From: an uncultured Planctomycetia bacterium
Lineage (GTDB): Bacteria > Omnitrophota > Gorgyraeia > JAFGHF01
Direction of reading: 5' to 3'
DNA length: 64,000 bases
NCBI GenBank assembly: GCA_964586605.1
Contig: CAZPGX010000002.1
Coordinates: forward strand, 11,648 to 75,647
Position 1 is the stretch's first letter. Each line of letters begins with the position of its first letter. Under the pieces are notes generated by a model. That model saw only the letters and a program-made list of their open reading frames with translations. It had not been told where the DNA came from and made no database searches. A program made the position numbers and the translations under genes. Shown piece after piece: positions 40,171 to 49,494 of the stretch.

Positions 40171-40440
40171 GTCCCGAATGTAGAAACTTCATTGAAGTTC
40201 TACCTTCGGGACTGCACCCTGATTTATCTTGGCCCCTAAATAAAAACTTTTAAGTTCTATCCTGCGTAGAACAAAAAGTTTCCTCGCTTCGTTAGGCAGG
40301 TCTTCTGACTTACGGCTTCCTACTCACCAGGCCTTCCCACCCCGAGACTTCGGGACAGTGGCTAATGCTGGTTTTCGCTACCGATTACAGCGGCGGGACC
40401 GCGCTCGAGTTTCACGAGCTTCCCTACACCTAACTTGCAA
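40171..40440 (-). promoter_or_regulatory. Cobalamin riboswitch (aptamer about 40294..40437) plus an intrinsic-terminator expression platform (hairpin 40171..40212 followed by a U-run), upstream of cobC
   Basis: The minus-strand RNA reads GGUGUAGGGAAGC...GUGAAA...GCGCGGUCCCGCCGCUGUAAUCGG...GCCACUG...GGGAAGGCC...GCCGUAAGUCAGAAGACCUGCC. This includes the canonical B12 box GCCACUG and the conserved flanking elements. Confidence 0.85.
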
Positions 40441-40494
40441 TCTATTCAATTGTAATGCTACCATAAACTAAATATCTATCTTTGTCAAGAAAAA

Positions 40495-41463
40495 TTATAA
40501 GTGCGCGTGGTTTTTTAAGAAACCTACGTAATCTTTTACTGCCTCGCTAAATTCAAAGAACTTATGGTCAACCCCTGCCCTTTTTAATTTATTCGCGTCG
40601 GCTTCTGTAAAATACTGGTATTTATCGCGGATGGCCCCGGGCATATCAAAATATTCGATTCTTGCGGGCAGAGCCAGGGCCGAGAATATAGCCTGCGCCA
40701 GCTCATTCCAGGTGTGGGCACGCCCTGTGCCCAGATTAAATATGCCTGTTTTTTGAGGATGCTCGACAAAATGATAAACGATATCTACGGCGTCTTTGAC
40801 ATAGATAAAATCCCGTTTTTGTTCGCCGTCAGCATAATCTTTTCTGTAGGATTTAAACAGCCTGATCTTTCTTTCTTTGAGTATCTTATCAAAAGACTTG
40901 GCGATTACGCTCATCATCTCGCCCTTATGGTATTCATTGGGGCCGAAGACGTTGAAGAATTTAAAACCGGTTGCCCGATTTAAGTAGCCGTTTCTGATTA
41001 ACCAGAGGTCAAAAAGTTGTTTGGAATAACCATAGATATTCAACGGTTTAAGGGTTGGAGTAACTTCGTCTTCATCCGAGAAACCTTTCTCGCCCAGGCC
41101 GTAAGTGGCGGCAGAAGAGGCATAAAGGAAAGGAATCCTGCGCTTGAAGGCCAACTTTGCCAGCTCCTTTGAATACTCATAATTATTTTTGAGCATATAG
41201 GTAGCATCAAAGCAGGTGGTGGAGGTACAGGCGCCCAGATGGATGAGCATATCTACGCCCTTGCCGATTTTCTCTTCCTGAACCAGCTTTAGAAAATCGC
41301 CCTTTTCGATATAATCCTTGAAATCCTTGCCCACAAGGTTCTTCCACTTCGCAGAATCTGCTAAATGGTCGACGACCAGGATATCGCTTATGCCTTGCTG
41401 ATTCAATTTCCATAACAGGCAGCTACCGATAAACCCTGCCCCACCCGTAACAATTACTTTCAT
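40495..41463 (-). CDS. hldD: ADP-L-glycero-D-manno-heptose-6-epimerase (NAD-dependent epimerase)
   Basis: IVTGGAGFIGS Rossmann fold and HldD-like length and sequence. Confidence 0.75.
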   Translation of the reverse strand: MKVIVTGGAGFIGSCLLWKLNQQGISDILVVDHLADSAKWKNLVGKDFKDYIEKGDFLKLVQEEKIGKGVDMLIHLGACTSTTCFDATYMLKNNYEYSKELAKLAFKRRIPFLYASSAATYGLGEKGFSDEDEVTPTLKPLNIYGYSKQLFDLWLIRNGYLNRATGFKFFNVFGPNEYHKGEMMSVIAKSFDKILKERKIRLFKSYRKDYADGEQKRDFIYVKDAVDIVYHFVEHPQKTGIFNLGTGRAHTWNELAQAIFSALALPARIEYFDMPGAIRDKYQYFTEADANKLKRAGVDHKFFEFSEAVKDYVGFLKNHAHL

Positions 41464-41477
41464 CTCTTTGACCCTCC

Positions 41478-43202
41478 TTAAAATTGCAAGAGTAGATTCA
41501 AGAGGCCTCCGACGATAATAGCGGTAAGCACCATCAGCAGCGCGCTTTTGAGCATATCTTTCAGGCCCAGTTCTTTCAGCAACACCACAAATGTGGCCAC
41601 ACAGGGAAAGTATATCGCCAGAATTATCGAGCCGATAACCAACTGCTTTGTAGCCAGATTCAACGGTCCGAGCATGCCGATGGCTACGTCTTTTCTTAAA
41701 AAACCCACAATTAAGGCAGAGATGGCCTCGCGGGGTAAGCCCCAGATGTTTTGCAAAATTGGGCTAAAGATCCTGCTGAGGAAATCAATTATCTTTAAGG
41801 CATGCAGTAAATTAACGAATAAGATACCCAGAAGTACGTAGGGAAGCGCCTCTTTTAAGAAAGTTAATACGCGCATGGTCAATTTTTTGAACACTGCCAG
41901 GGCTTGTGGAAACCGATAGCGGGGAATCTCAACTAAAATCTCCGGGCTTCTGCCCCTTAAGAACTTATTTAAGATGAGCCCTTTAATTACTAAAACTAAA
42001 AATAAAGTACCAAAGACTATTCCTAAATATTGCCCTCCGCGCGCGCCCACTAAGCCAACAATCATAGCAATCTGGGCCATACAGGGGACGGCGATAGCCA
42101 TCAATGTCGCGGCAATAAATTTTTCACGGCGTTCTTCCAAGAGGCGTGTGGCCAGGGCCCCGGGCACATTACACCCCAAGCCTAGAATCATCGGGATAGT
42201 CGCATATCCGTGCAGGCCAATGTGGTGCATCAGATTATCCATCAGTACCGCAAAGCGGGGAAGGTAACCAAAGTCCTCCCAGAGACCGAGAACCAGATAA
42301 AAGCTAAAGATATAGGGAAGGACCATCCCTAAGGGTACATAAAGTCCGGTGGTTAAAAGCCCAAAAGAGATCCCAAAATCGATCTCGCCCTTAACCAGCC
42401 CGCCGATTAAGATATGATGGATTAAGCCCGCACTGCCCAGGAAGGCGCTCAACCTATTCATCAGCGGCAGCCATAGATTTTCAAAGAAGGGGTCAAAGAC
42501 AATATTAATCAGGCCTTCCCCGACAAAACGAATTATCCAGAAAGAAATAAAGACTACCAGAGCCGCGAACAGATGCCCCCAGAAGGGCTTAATCGTTAAG
42601 TCCTCCAGGCGCTCTAGAAGCGTGTGGTGCCTGTGGCTGAGTTTCTGTACCTGCTGAATAATCACGCCGATTTCCTCCCAGCATTTTTCTGCGCTGCAAG
42701 GAGCCTTTTTAGGAGAGCACGCCTGGGGTATACGCTCAATCAGCTGTTTTATCCCTTCTCCGGTAAGCCCACAGGTAGGCACAACAGGGACGCCGAGAAT
42801 CTCCTCCAATTGTTTCAAGTCGATACCTATGCCCTTGTGTTTGGTATCATCCCACATATTTAAGGCCACGACCATCGGGATGTGGCGCTGCAAAAGTTGC
42901 AGGGTAAGATAAAGATTCCTTTCTAAATTTGTGGCATCGACAATATTTACCACTACATCGCCCTGCTCCAACATCTTCACCGCTACTTCTTCGGCGCGGC
43001 TTGTGGGCTGAAGGCTGTAAGTGCCGGGGACATCGATGACTGCCGGGCGGGTGTCTGCGATCTTCATATAGCCCTGCATAAATTCTACGGTTGTGCCGGG
43101 ATAATTAGAGATAATTACCCTGGCCCCGGTTAAGCGGGAAAAGACTGCGCTTTTCCCCACATTAGGATTGCCCATCAATAATATTTTTTTTATCTCTGTC
43201 AT
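41478..43202 (-). CDS. feoB: Ferrous iron transporter B
   Basis: N-terminal G-domain (GNPNVGKS) followed by a polytopic membrane domain; 574 aa. Confidence 0.9.
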   Translation of the reverse strand: MTEIKKILLMGNPNVGKSAVFSRLTGARVIISNYPGTTVEFMQGYMKIADTRPAVIDVPGTYSLQPTSRAEEVAVKMLEQGDVVVNIVDATNLERNLYLTLQLLQRHIPMVVALNMWDDTKHKGIGIDLKQLEEILGVPVVPTCGLTGEGIKQLIERIPQACSPKKAPCSAEKCWEEIGVIIQQVQKLSHRHHTLLERLEDLTIKPFWGHLFAALVVFISFWIIRFVGEGLINIVFDPFFENLWLPLMNRLSAFLGSAGLIHHILIGGLVKGEIDFGISFGLLTTGLYVPLGMVLPYIFSFYLVLGLWEDFGYLPRFAVLMDNLMHHIGLHGYATIPMILGLGCNVPGALATRLLEERREKFIAATLMAIAVPCMAQIAMIVGLVGARGGQYLGIVFGTLFLVLVIKGLILNKFLRGRSPEILVEIPRYRFPQALAVFKKLTMRVLTFLKEALPYVLLGILFVNLLHALKIIDFLSRIFSPILQNIWGLPREAISALIVGFLRKDVAIGMLGPLNLATKQLVIGSIILAIYFPCVATFVVLLKELGLKDMLKSALLMVLTAIIVGGLLNLLLQF

Positions 43203-43435
43203 CTCTCTTCTATCTCTACCATCACCCGGCTGGCCATACCAAAGCCTATAGCAGCATTCGTCCCGCCCACCTGAACGGTAACCGGCCCGCGCCAGAAATG
43301 CCCGCTTACTTTGGTAATCTTTTTGCCCGGGCGAATCCCTAAATTCTGCAGGCGGGCAAGAAAACCTCTCCCACCTTCTAAGCGGGCTACGACCCCGGAC
43401 TCGCCCGTTTTCATTTTGGTTAAATCAACAACCAT
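43199..43435 (-). CDS. feoA: FeoA
   Basis: 78-aa SH3-like FeoA, overlapping the feoB start. Confidence 0.85.
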   Translation of the reverse strand: MVVDLTKMKTGESGVVARLEGGRGFLARLQNLGIRPGKKITKVSGHFWRGPVTVQVGGTNAAIGFGMASRVMVEIEER

Positions 43436-43436
43436 C

Positions 43437-44201
43437 TTATCCCTTTCTGCTCTTAAGTTCTAAAATTCTTTTCTCTTCTCTGCTTAAGCTACCCATGCCG
43501 CGCTTAGAGATTTTATCCAATACAACATTTACTTTGCGATCAAGATTTTTCTGCGCTCTCTGCTTCTCGCTGATTTTCCTCTTTTTGCTGTGAATCTTCA
43601 GCGAACTAAAGTCTAAATAAGAAATCTGCCTTTTAATCCATTCACTTTTAACGTATAGATACCCGAACAGGCCTCCTCCTAAGTGGGCAAAATAGGCAAT
43701 GCCTGCGCCCGGCGCCGAGAGCGCTCCCAGAAGGTTTATCCCGGCCAAGACCAATACCGCATGTTTAATTTTCATCGGAAAGACAAAGAACAAAAGAATC
43801 GTGGTCTGCGGAAAGAGCATCGCGTAGGCCACCAAGAGCCCGAATATTGCACCCGATGCCCCGATTACGGGGATAGCAGAACCTAAAGCGCTAAGGTAGC
43901 TGCACAGGCCTGCGCCTATTCCGGTAAAGAAATAAAACGAGAGGAACTCTTTCCTGCTCCAGCTTCTTTCAATGGCCGGGCCAAAAAACCAGAGCATCAG
44001 CATATTGAGCACAAGATGCCAAAGCCCCGCATGCAAAAACATATAAGTGGCCAACTGCCAGAGCCTAAATCTTCCTAATACATCCCGGGGCACCAGGCCA
44101 AAGAAGGTAAGCCAGCCAAACCCGGGCACAAGATGAACCAGGATGAACAGGGCAACGTTGGCGATAATCAGCGCTTTAACGGTCTTGGTCATAATCGTCA
44201 T
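43437..44201 (-). CDS. Rhomboid-family intramembrane serine protease
   Basis: GASGAIFG catalytic Ser motif and a His in the distal TM segment (AHLGG). Confidence 0.85.
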   Translation of the reverse strand: MTIMTKTVKALIIANVALFILVHLVPGFGWLTFFGLVPRDVLGRFRLWQLATYMFLHAGLWHLVLNMLMLWFFGPAIERSWSRKEFLSFYFFTGIGAGLCSYLSALGSAIPVIGASGAIFGLLVAYAMLFPQTTILLFFVFPMKIKHAVLVLAGINLLGALSAPGAGIAYFAHLGGGLFGYLYVKSEWIKRQISYLDFSSLKIHSKKRKISEKQRAQKNLDRKVNVVLDKISKRGMGSLSREEKRILELKSRKG

Positions 44202-44264
44202 GGCAGCCCCAACTCGTGCTGAACACTACGGATAGTTTACTTCTGTTAAATCGCTGCAATTTTC

Positions 44265-45401
44265 TCATATTTTGGAAAGCCACTTTTTGAAGAATACGTC
44301 CACAATGGTATATAAATCGCTTTCTTTGTCTATTAGATCCTTGTCTATAAGACTTCGTACTGTACGCTGTAGGCTTGATGCTGAACCAAGATCGTATTTT
44401 TGTAAAAACTCATAAGAAAAAAGCTTTTCTTCGGGCGACATCTTACTTAGCGCCATAAGAACTTGTTTTTGTTTAAGCGCAAGAAGGTTCCATGTGGCCT
44501 CATATGTAGAAGACTCTCTTTCTAGCAGAAGGTCGAGGCTTTTTAAAAAATCCTCTTCGCTAATTTTCTGTTTATCTATTGCCTTCTCCCATATGATATG
44601 GCAAAGATATTGAACATAGTAAGGGTGAGATTCACATATGTTCATTATTTCACCGGCTAAATTACTGGAAAGAATTTTATTGCTAAGTTCAAATTTATTT
44701 CGTATAAATTCTGAAAGTTCGTTTTTGTCAATTTTACATAGAGGGAAAGATTTACCACTCCTATAAAAAGGCCTGTTGGGGTTATTAAATATATCGGAAA
44801 TAAGGTGTTTCTTGCTTCCCATAAATATATAAGATATGTTTTTGTGTTTTTGAAATAACGAGCGCATTGTTTTTTCAAGCTTGTCTGTCTTAAAAAGAGC
44901 TATCTGTTGAAACTCGTCAAAGCAAACTACGGCTTTCTTTTTTTTGCTAGCTATATAACGATTTATGCTTTCCAGGGCATCTTCTAACGAGGGAAGGATT
45001 TCTTTTTTTTCAATATCTATACTGTAAGATATTTCTCCACTTTGCCCTAGAGTAAATTTTGGCCTAATCTTTTTAAATAGCTTAGTGACGCCCTTAAGGC
45101 TCTTTCTAACCTTGCCAAAAATCGATTCTGCTATAGCTTTCCCATATATAGAAATAAAATCCTCTTCTGTTAACATTGGGTAAAGATCTGCATATACCGT
45201 GATCACGCCTTTTCTTTTGGATATTTCAAAGACTCTTTTTATTAAAGAAGTCTTTCCGTATCTCCTTTGTGAGAATATAATAACATTTTGGCTATTTTCA
45301 ACATCTCGGCACAATTCTTGTATCTCTTTTTTTCTGTTACAGAAATTGTCTCCTGCTACTTCTTTCCCATATACAAAGGGATTTTCCATAAATACCTCCA
45401 T
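44265..45401 (-). CDS. AAA-type ATPase (PF01637 'archaeal ATPase' / DUF234-like)
   Basis: Walker A (SQRRYGKTSL) and Walker B (VVCFDEF). The gene is AT-rich. Confidence 0.65.
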   Translation of the reverse strand: MEVFMENPFVYGKEVAGDNFCNRKKEIQELCRDVENSQNVIIFSQRRYGKTSLIKRVFEISKRKGVITVYADLYPMLTEEDFISIYGKAIAESIFGKVRKSLKGVTKLFKKIRPKFTLGQSGEISYSIDIEKKEILPSLEDALESINRYIASKKKKAVVCFDEFQQIALFKTDKLEKTMRSLFQKHKNISYIFMGSKKHLISDIFNNPNRPFYRSGKSFPLCKIDKNELSEFIRNKFELSNKILSSNLAGEIMNICESHPYYVQYLCHIIWEKAIDKQKISEEDFLKSLDLLLERESSTYEATWNLLALKQKQVLMALSKMSPEEKLFSYEFLQKYDLGSASSLQRTVRSLIDKDLIDKESDLYTIVDVFFKKWLSKI

Positions 45402-45428
45402 TACGCATTATGCGTTACGCATTATGCG
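45401..45428. repeat. 14-bp direct repeat x2 (TTACGCATTATGCG), each copy an imperfect dyad (CGCAT-n-ATGCG), immediately 5' of the ATPase RBS
   Basis: It was read directly from the sequence. It is a candidate operator. Confidence 0.7.
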
Positions 45429-45490
45429 TAATTATAACATATCCAGGCATAATGTCAATATTATTTTACAGGAAAAGTAACTGGTAGTGA

Positions 45491-45568
45491 TGGCAGCCCC
45501 AAGGGGATTTGAACCCCTGCCGCCAGAATGAGAATCTGGTGTCCTAAACCGAGCTAGACGATGGGGCC
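45491..45568 (-). tRNA. tRNA-Glu(CUC)
   Basis: It was folded by eye as GGCCCCA/UGGGGCU acceptor, anticodon loop UUCUCAU, T-loop UUCAAAU, with CCA encoded. It resembles E. coli tRNA-Glu. Confidence 0.75.
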
Positions 45569-45619
45569 ATGCGAGACTATAGTCTATAAAAAAAGGGTTA
45601 AAAAGTCAAACAAAATATA

Positions 45620-45648
45620 TTGACTAAGGCGGCCTCTTGCTGTAGACT
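45620..45648 (+). promoter_or_regulatory. Candidate sigma70-type promoter (TTGACT, 17-nt spacer, TAGACT) placing the TSS at or next to the FIST gene ATG (leaderless or near-leaderless)
   Basis: Read directly from the sequence. There is no obvious RBS before the ATG at 45655. Confidence 0.3.
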
Positions 45649-45654
45649 AAACAT

Positions 45655-46845
45655 ATGTCTACCTCTTTAGGAGTGGGAATAAGCGAGAATCCCGACCCAT
45701 TTGCAGCAGGTAAACAAGCCGCAGGCGCCGTCTGCGAACAGGCTCAGGGGAATTACTTCAATCTTTTAATTGTCTTTGCCTCCGTAAAGTTTGACCAGCA
45801 GGCCCTGATCCGGGGGATAAAATCTGTCTGCCACAACGCCCCGATAATAGGCTGCTCGAGCGCCGGGGAGATATCTACCGCGGGCTCAACAAAGGATTCG
45901 GTAGCGATAATGGGAATCAATTCGAGCAGTGCTACTTTCTCGACGGGTTTGGGCTGCGGCCTAAGCCAGGATGCGCGCGCTGCGGGACAGAGATGCGCCC
46001 GGGAAGCAGCAAAGGCAAGACCGGGCAAGAGGCACGCCTTTATTATCCTGCCCGATGGGCTATCCGGAAATGGCGCTGAGATAATCCGGGGAACTCAAGA
46101 GGTCCTGGGAACCAGCTTTCCCATTGTGGGAGGCTCGGCCGGAGATGACTATCTCTTCCAGAAAACCTACCAGTATTACGGCGATAAAGTCTTAAGCGAT
46201 TCGGTGGTAGGAATTCTATTAGGAGGAGATATCTCCGTAGGTATCGGCATCCGCCACGGGTGGCATGCCATCGGCAAGGCCCACGAAGTCACTCAGGCCC
46301 ACGGCAATGTCATCGAGCGGATTGACGGAGAACAAGCTTTAAAGCTCTACCAGGATTACTTTGGCCGGGAGGCAGAAAATCTCAAGGACTCGCCCTGGGC
46401 AAAAATCGGCACTATTTATCCGCTGGGCATGTCCATACCCGATGAAGAAGAGTACTTAATCAGATACGCCTATAAAGCCACGGATACAGGCTTCCTTGTC
46501 TGTGCGGCGGAGGTTCCCCAAGGCTCGCTGGTGCGCTTGATGATTGCCGACAAAGATGGGGTTCTCAACGCAGCCAGAGAAGCCGCCCTCAAAGCCAAAG
46601 AGGCCCTAAAAGGCAGATCGATTTTAGCGGTAATTATCTTCGACTCCATCGCCCGCAAAAGGGTCCTGGGTAGAATTGCCCAGGAAGAAATTGAGGTAAT
46701 CAAAAAGACCCTGGGCCGGCCCTATCCAATGGTCGGATTCTATACCTACGGGGAACAGGCGCCTTTAAGGGCAGAAAGGTACGCAGGCAAGTCCTACTTT
46801 CATAACGAGGCGGTAGTGGTTATGGCTATAGGAGAAGCGCAATGA
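45655..46845 (+). CDS. FIST-domain sensor protein (FIST_N + FIST_C)
   Basis: 396 aa, Gly/Ala-rich, with FIST-like blocks (IVFASVKFDQ..., GCSSAGEI, IILPDGLSGNG). The family call is by resemblance. Confidence 0.6.
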   Translation: MSTSLGVGISENPDPFAAGKQAAGAVCEQAQGNYFNLLIVFASVKFDQQALIRGIKSVCHNAPIIGCSSAGEISTAGSTKDSVAIMGINSSSATFSTGLGCGLSQDARAAGQRCAREAAKARPGKRHAFIILPDGLSGNGAEIIRGTQEVLGTSFPIVGGSAGDDYLFQKTYQYYGDKVLSDSVVGILLGGDISVGIGIRHGWHAIGKAHEVTQAHGNVIERIDGEQALKLYQDYFGREAENLKDSPWAKIGTIYPLGMSIPDEEEYLIRYAYKATDTGFLVCAAEVPQGSLVRLMIADKDGVLNAAREAALKAKEALKGRSILAVIIFDSIARKRVLGRIAQEEIEVIKKTLGRPYPMVGFYTYGEQAPLRAERYAGKSYFHNEAVVVMAIGEAQ

Positions 46846-48338
46846 TAGCAACGCTCACTCTAAATATAGGTACGGTCTTTATTGTCACCAGTGCCTTGAT
46901 TGTTGCGGCCTTTGGTTATCTGGTGGGTATCACCGAAAGGCAAAAGAAGGCCAGAGAAAACCTGCAGCGCTCTTTGGATAAACTCAAAAAGGCCTACAAT
47001 GAATTAGACGAACAGGCCAAGATTATTGTCAAGAAAGACCTGGAGCTCAACAAGACCCAGGAAGAATTGGATAAAAAACTCTCCAGTCTTTATGCCCTGC
47101 ATAAATTCAGCCAAGCGATTAGTTCTACCTTTGACAGAGAAAAACTATTTTCCCAGATTGATAAGTCTTTTATCTCAGAGCTGGGCTTCTACAGAGGCGT
47201 ACTTATTCTGGCAGATAGAGAAGCCAAAGGCTTCTCTATCCCTGTGGCTGTAGGATACAGCCGGCAAGAGCAAGAAAAGATTAAAAAACGCCTAAGCGAA
47301 AAGGATATCCTGGGTAAACTCAAGCAGCCCTTATTAATAGACGAAAGCCACCTGCTTGACGAAATAAAGAAAGAACTGCTACAGACATTTAGCCTTGTCT
47401 CCTTTTGCGTAGTGCCGATTATATCCCAGGAGGCAAAGTTAGGTCTAATTGTAGCAGGCAATGAGCTGGCCTACACCCGCCTTACCGAGGCAGACCTGGA
47501 GATGCTTTCTATACTGGCCAGCCAGATAGCCTCAGGGCTGGAAAATGTTCGGCTCTATGAAGAACTCTGGCATTCCCACCAGGACCTGGAGCAAAGAGTA
47601 GCCCAGAGGACAAAAGAGCTGGCCCTGGCCAATGAGAAATTGAAAAAAATAGATAAATTAAAGTCGGAATTTGTCTCCGCCGTCTCCCACGAATTAAGAA
47701 CCCCCTTAACTTCTATCAAGGGCTATGCCTCTATCCTGACTGGCGGAAAGCTTGGGGCTGTCCCCGCTCAAGCTAAAGAACGCCTGGAAAAAATCAACAA
47801 GCACTCCGATGCGCTGGTCAAGCTCGTCAACGACCTTTTAGACGGCGCCAGAATAGAATCAGGCAAAGTGGAGATGAAATTAGAAAAACTAAACGTAAAA
47901 GATGCCCTGGATTGGGTTGCCGATATCATGGCACCGCAGATGAAAGAAAAGAAGATTGAGTTTACTCAAGAGATAACTAAAGGTATTCCTGAATGCCTTG
48001 CCGACTCAATCCAGTTGGGCCGCGTCCTGACCAACCTCATGGGCAACGCTATTAAATTTACTCCGGAAAAGGGAAAAATTTCCATCAAGGTCAAGCAGAT
48101 TAAAGATTTCTTACAAATAGACATCCGCGATTCAGGCATCGGCATTGCCGAAGATGAGATAGCAAAGGTGTTTGAGGAATTCTACCGCGCAGATAACGAA
48201 GTTAACCAGAAGGTAAAAGGAACCGGCCTGGGGCTTCCTTTGGTAAAACGCATTGTGCAGGCGCACAAAGGAAAGATTTGGGTAACGAGCACGCTCGGCA
48301 AAGGCACAACATTCTCCTTTACCTTACCTAAAGCTTAG
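46842..48338 (+). CDS. Sensor histidine kinase (TM, coiled coil, GAF-like domain, HisKA, HATPase_c)
   Basis: H-box SHELRTPLTSIKGY, and the N, G1 and G2 boxes (NLMGNAIKFT, DSGIGI, GTGLGL). Its start overlaps the FIST gene stop. Confidence 0.85.
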   Translation: MIATLTLNIGTVFIVTSALIVAAFGYLVGITERQKKARENLQRSLDKLKKAYNELDEQAKIIVKKDLELNKTQEELDKKLSSLYALHKFSQAISSTFDREKLFSQIDKSFISELGFYRGVLILADREAKGFSIPVAVGYSRQEQEKIKKRLSEKDILGKLKQPLLIDESHLLDEIKKELLQTFSLVSFCVVPIISQEAKLGLIVAGNELAYTRLTEADLEMLSILASQIASGLENVRLYEELWHSHQDLEQRVAQRTKELALANEKLKKIDKLKSEFVSAVSHELRTPLTSIKGYASILTGGKLGAVPAQAKERLEKINKHSDALVKLVNDLLDGARIESGKVEMKLEKLNVKDALDWVADIMAPQMKEKKIEFTQEITKGIPECLADSIQLGRVLTNLMGNAIKFTPEKGKISIKVKQIKDFLQIDIRDSGIGIAEDEIAKVFEEFYRADNEVNQKVKGTGLGLPLVKRIVQAHKGKIWVTSTLGKGTTFSFTLPKA

Positions 48339-48347
48339 CGAGGGCAA

Positions 48348-49277
48348 ATGGCGAAGAAACGCATCTTAATTGCTGACGATGACGCAGACATCCTGGATGT
48401 GCTGCGCCTGAGCATCCCGGAAGACGAATACGAAGTAATCGAGGCCCGCGACGGGCAGGAGGCCATGGAGAAGGTCTACGCGCGGCCGCCGGACTTGCTC
48501 ATCTCGGATTATATGATGCCCAAGATTGACGGCCGCGCGCTCTGCGAAAAATTGAAGAAAGACATCCTGCTGCGCCACATGCCAATCATTATGCTCACCG
48601 GAAAAGGCGACGTGAAAGACAAGGTCAAAGGCCTCGACGCCGGTGCTGACGACTACATCGTTAAGCCCTTTGACCCCGAAGAGCTCTTAGCGCGCATCAG
48701 GATGGTCCTGCGGCGCAGTCAAATAGATTTAGATGCCGCTCCCCTGACCCGGCTTCCCGGCAATGTCTCTATCTTTAACGAAATCGAAAAACGGATTAAA
48801 GCTAAAGAAAAATTTGCGGTCGGGTATGTTGACCTGGATAAGTTCAAGGTCTTTAATGATAAATACGGATTTACTTGGGGAGACCGTTGTATCCAAACAA
48901 CCGCTCGTGTAGTCGTTAAGGCCGTAGAGGCAAAAGGAAAGCAAGATGATTTTGTTGGCCACATTGGCGGCGATGATTTCGTTATAGTCGGTTCTGTTGA
49001 TACTATTGATGCAATCTGTGAACAAATTGTTCAAGAATTTGGCAAGACAACTAAAGGGCTATACAAGCCTGAAGATTTAAAAAAAGGTTATATTGTCGGT
49101 AAAGACAGGCAGGGGAAAAAAACCAAGGCGGGTTTGATTTGTATCTCTATAGGTGTAGTCACGAATATGCATCGTGAATTTACTCATGTAGCCCAGGTTA
49201 CCGGAATCGGTGCAGAGCTAAAAGAATACGCTAAGAGCAAACAAAAAAGTAATTATGTGAGGGATAAAAGGAAGTGA
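48348..49277 (+). CDS. Response regulator: REC domain plus a degenerate GGDEF-like domain (GGDDF)
   Basis: REC motifs (DDD...D57-like...K), then DLDKFKVFNDKYG...GD...HIGGDDF. Confidence 0.75.
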   Translation: MAKKRILIADDDADILDVLRLSIPEDEYEVIEARDGQEAMEKVYARPPDLLISDYMMPKIDGRALCEKLKKDILLRHMPIIMLTGKGDVKDKVKGLDAGADDYIVKPFDPEELLARIRMVLRRSQIDLDAAPLTRLPGNVSIFNEIEKRIKAKEKFAVGYVDLDKFKVFNDKYGFTWGDRCIQTTARVVVKAVEAKGKQDDFVGHIGGDDFVIVGSVDTIDAICEQIVQEFGKTTKGLYKPEDLKKGYIVGKDRQGKKTKAGLICISIGVVTNMHREFTHVAQVTGIGAELKEYAKSKQKSNYVRDKRK

Positions 49278-49296
49278 CAAATTTTCTTCGAAAATT

Positions 49297-49383
49297 TGGT
49301 GCGCGGGGCGAGACTCGAACTCGCAAAACCTTACGGTCACAAGGCCCTCAACCTTGCGTGTTTGCCAATTTCACCACCCGCGC
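49297..49383 (-). tRNA. tRNA-Leu(GAG), type II with a long variable arm
   Basis: Acceptor GCGCGGG/CCCGCGC, anticodon loop UUGAGGG, T-loop UUCGAGU, with CCA encoded. Confidence 0.75.
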
Positions 49384-49494
49384 ATTTTTCAAATTATAAC
49401 ACAACCCCTTAATCCTGTCCACTCCCCCTATCCCTTAGCGTCCGCTGGATTGCTTTGTTAGATTTATTTATTCAATTCTTTTCCCACTTCTCAT

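Noticed and set aside
40151-40192. Upstream extension of the cobC ORF (MKFLHSGLFVRDSF...).
   Set aside because: It runs through the terminator hairpin. The conserved histidine-phosphatase N-terminus starts at the internal Met (MTRLILIRHGETD), so the start was moved to 40150.
40171-40212. A strong hairpin and U-run read as a stand-alone terminator for hldD.
   Set aside because: hldD is on the same strand but upstream, and the hairpin lies between the B12 aptamer and the cobC start. It is better explained as the riboswitch's terminator expression platform.
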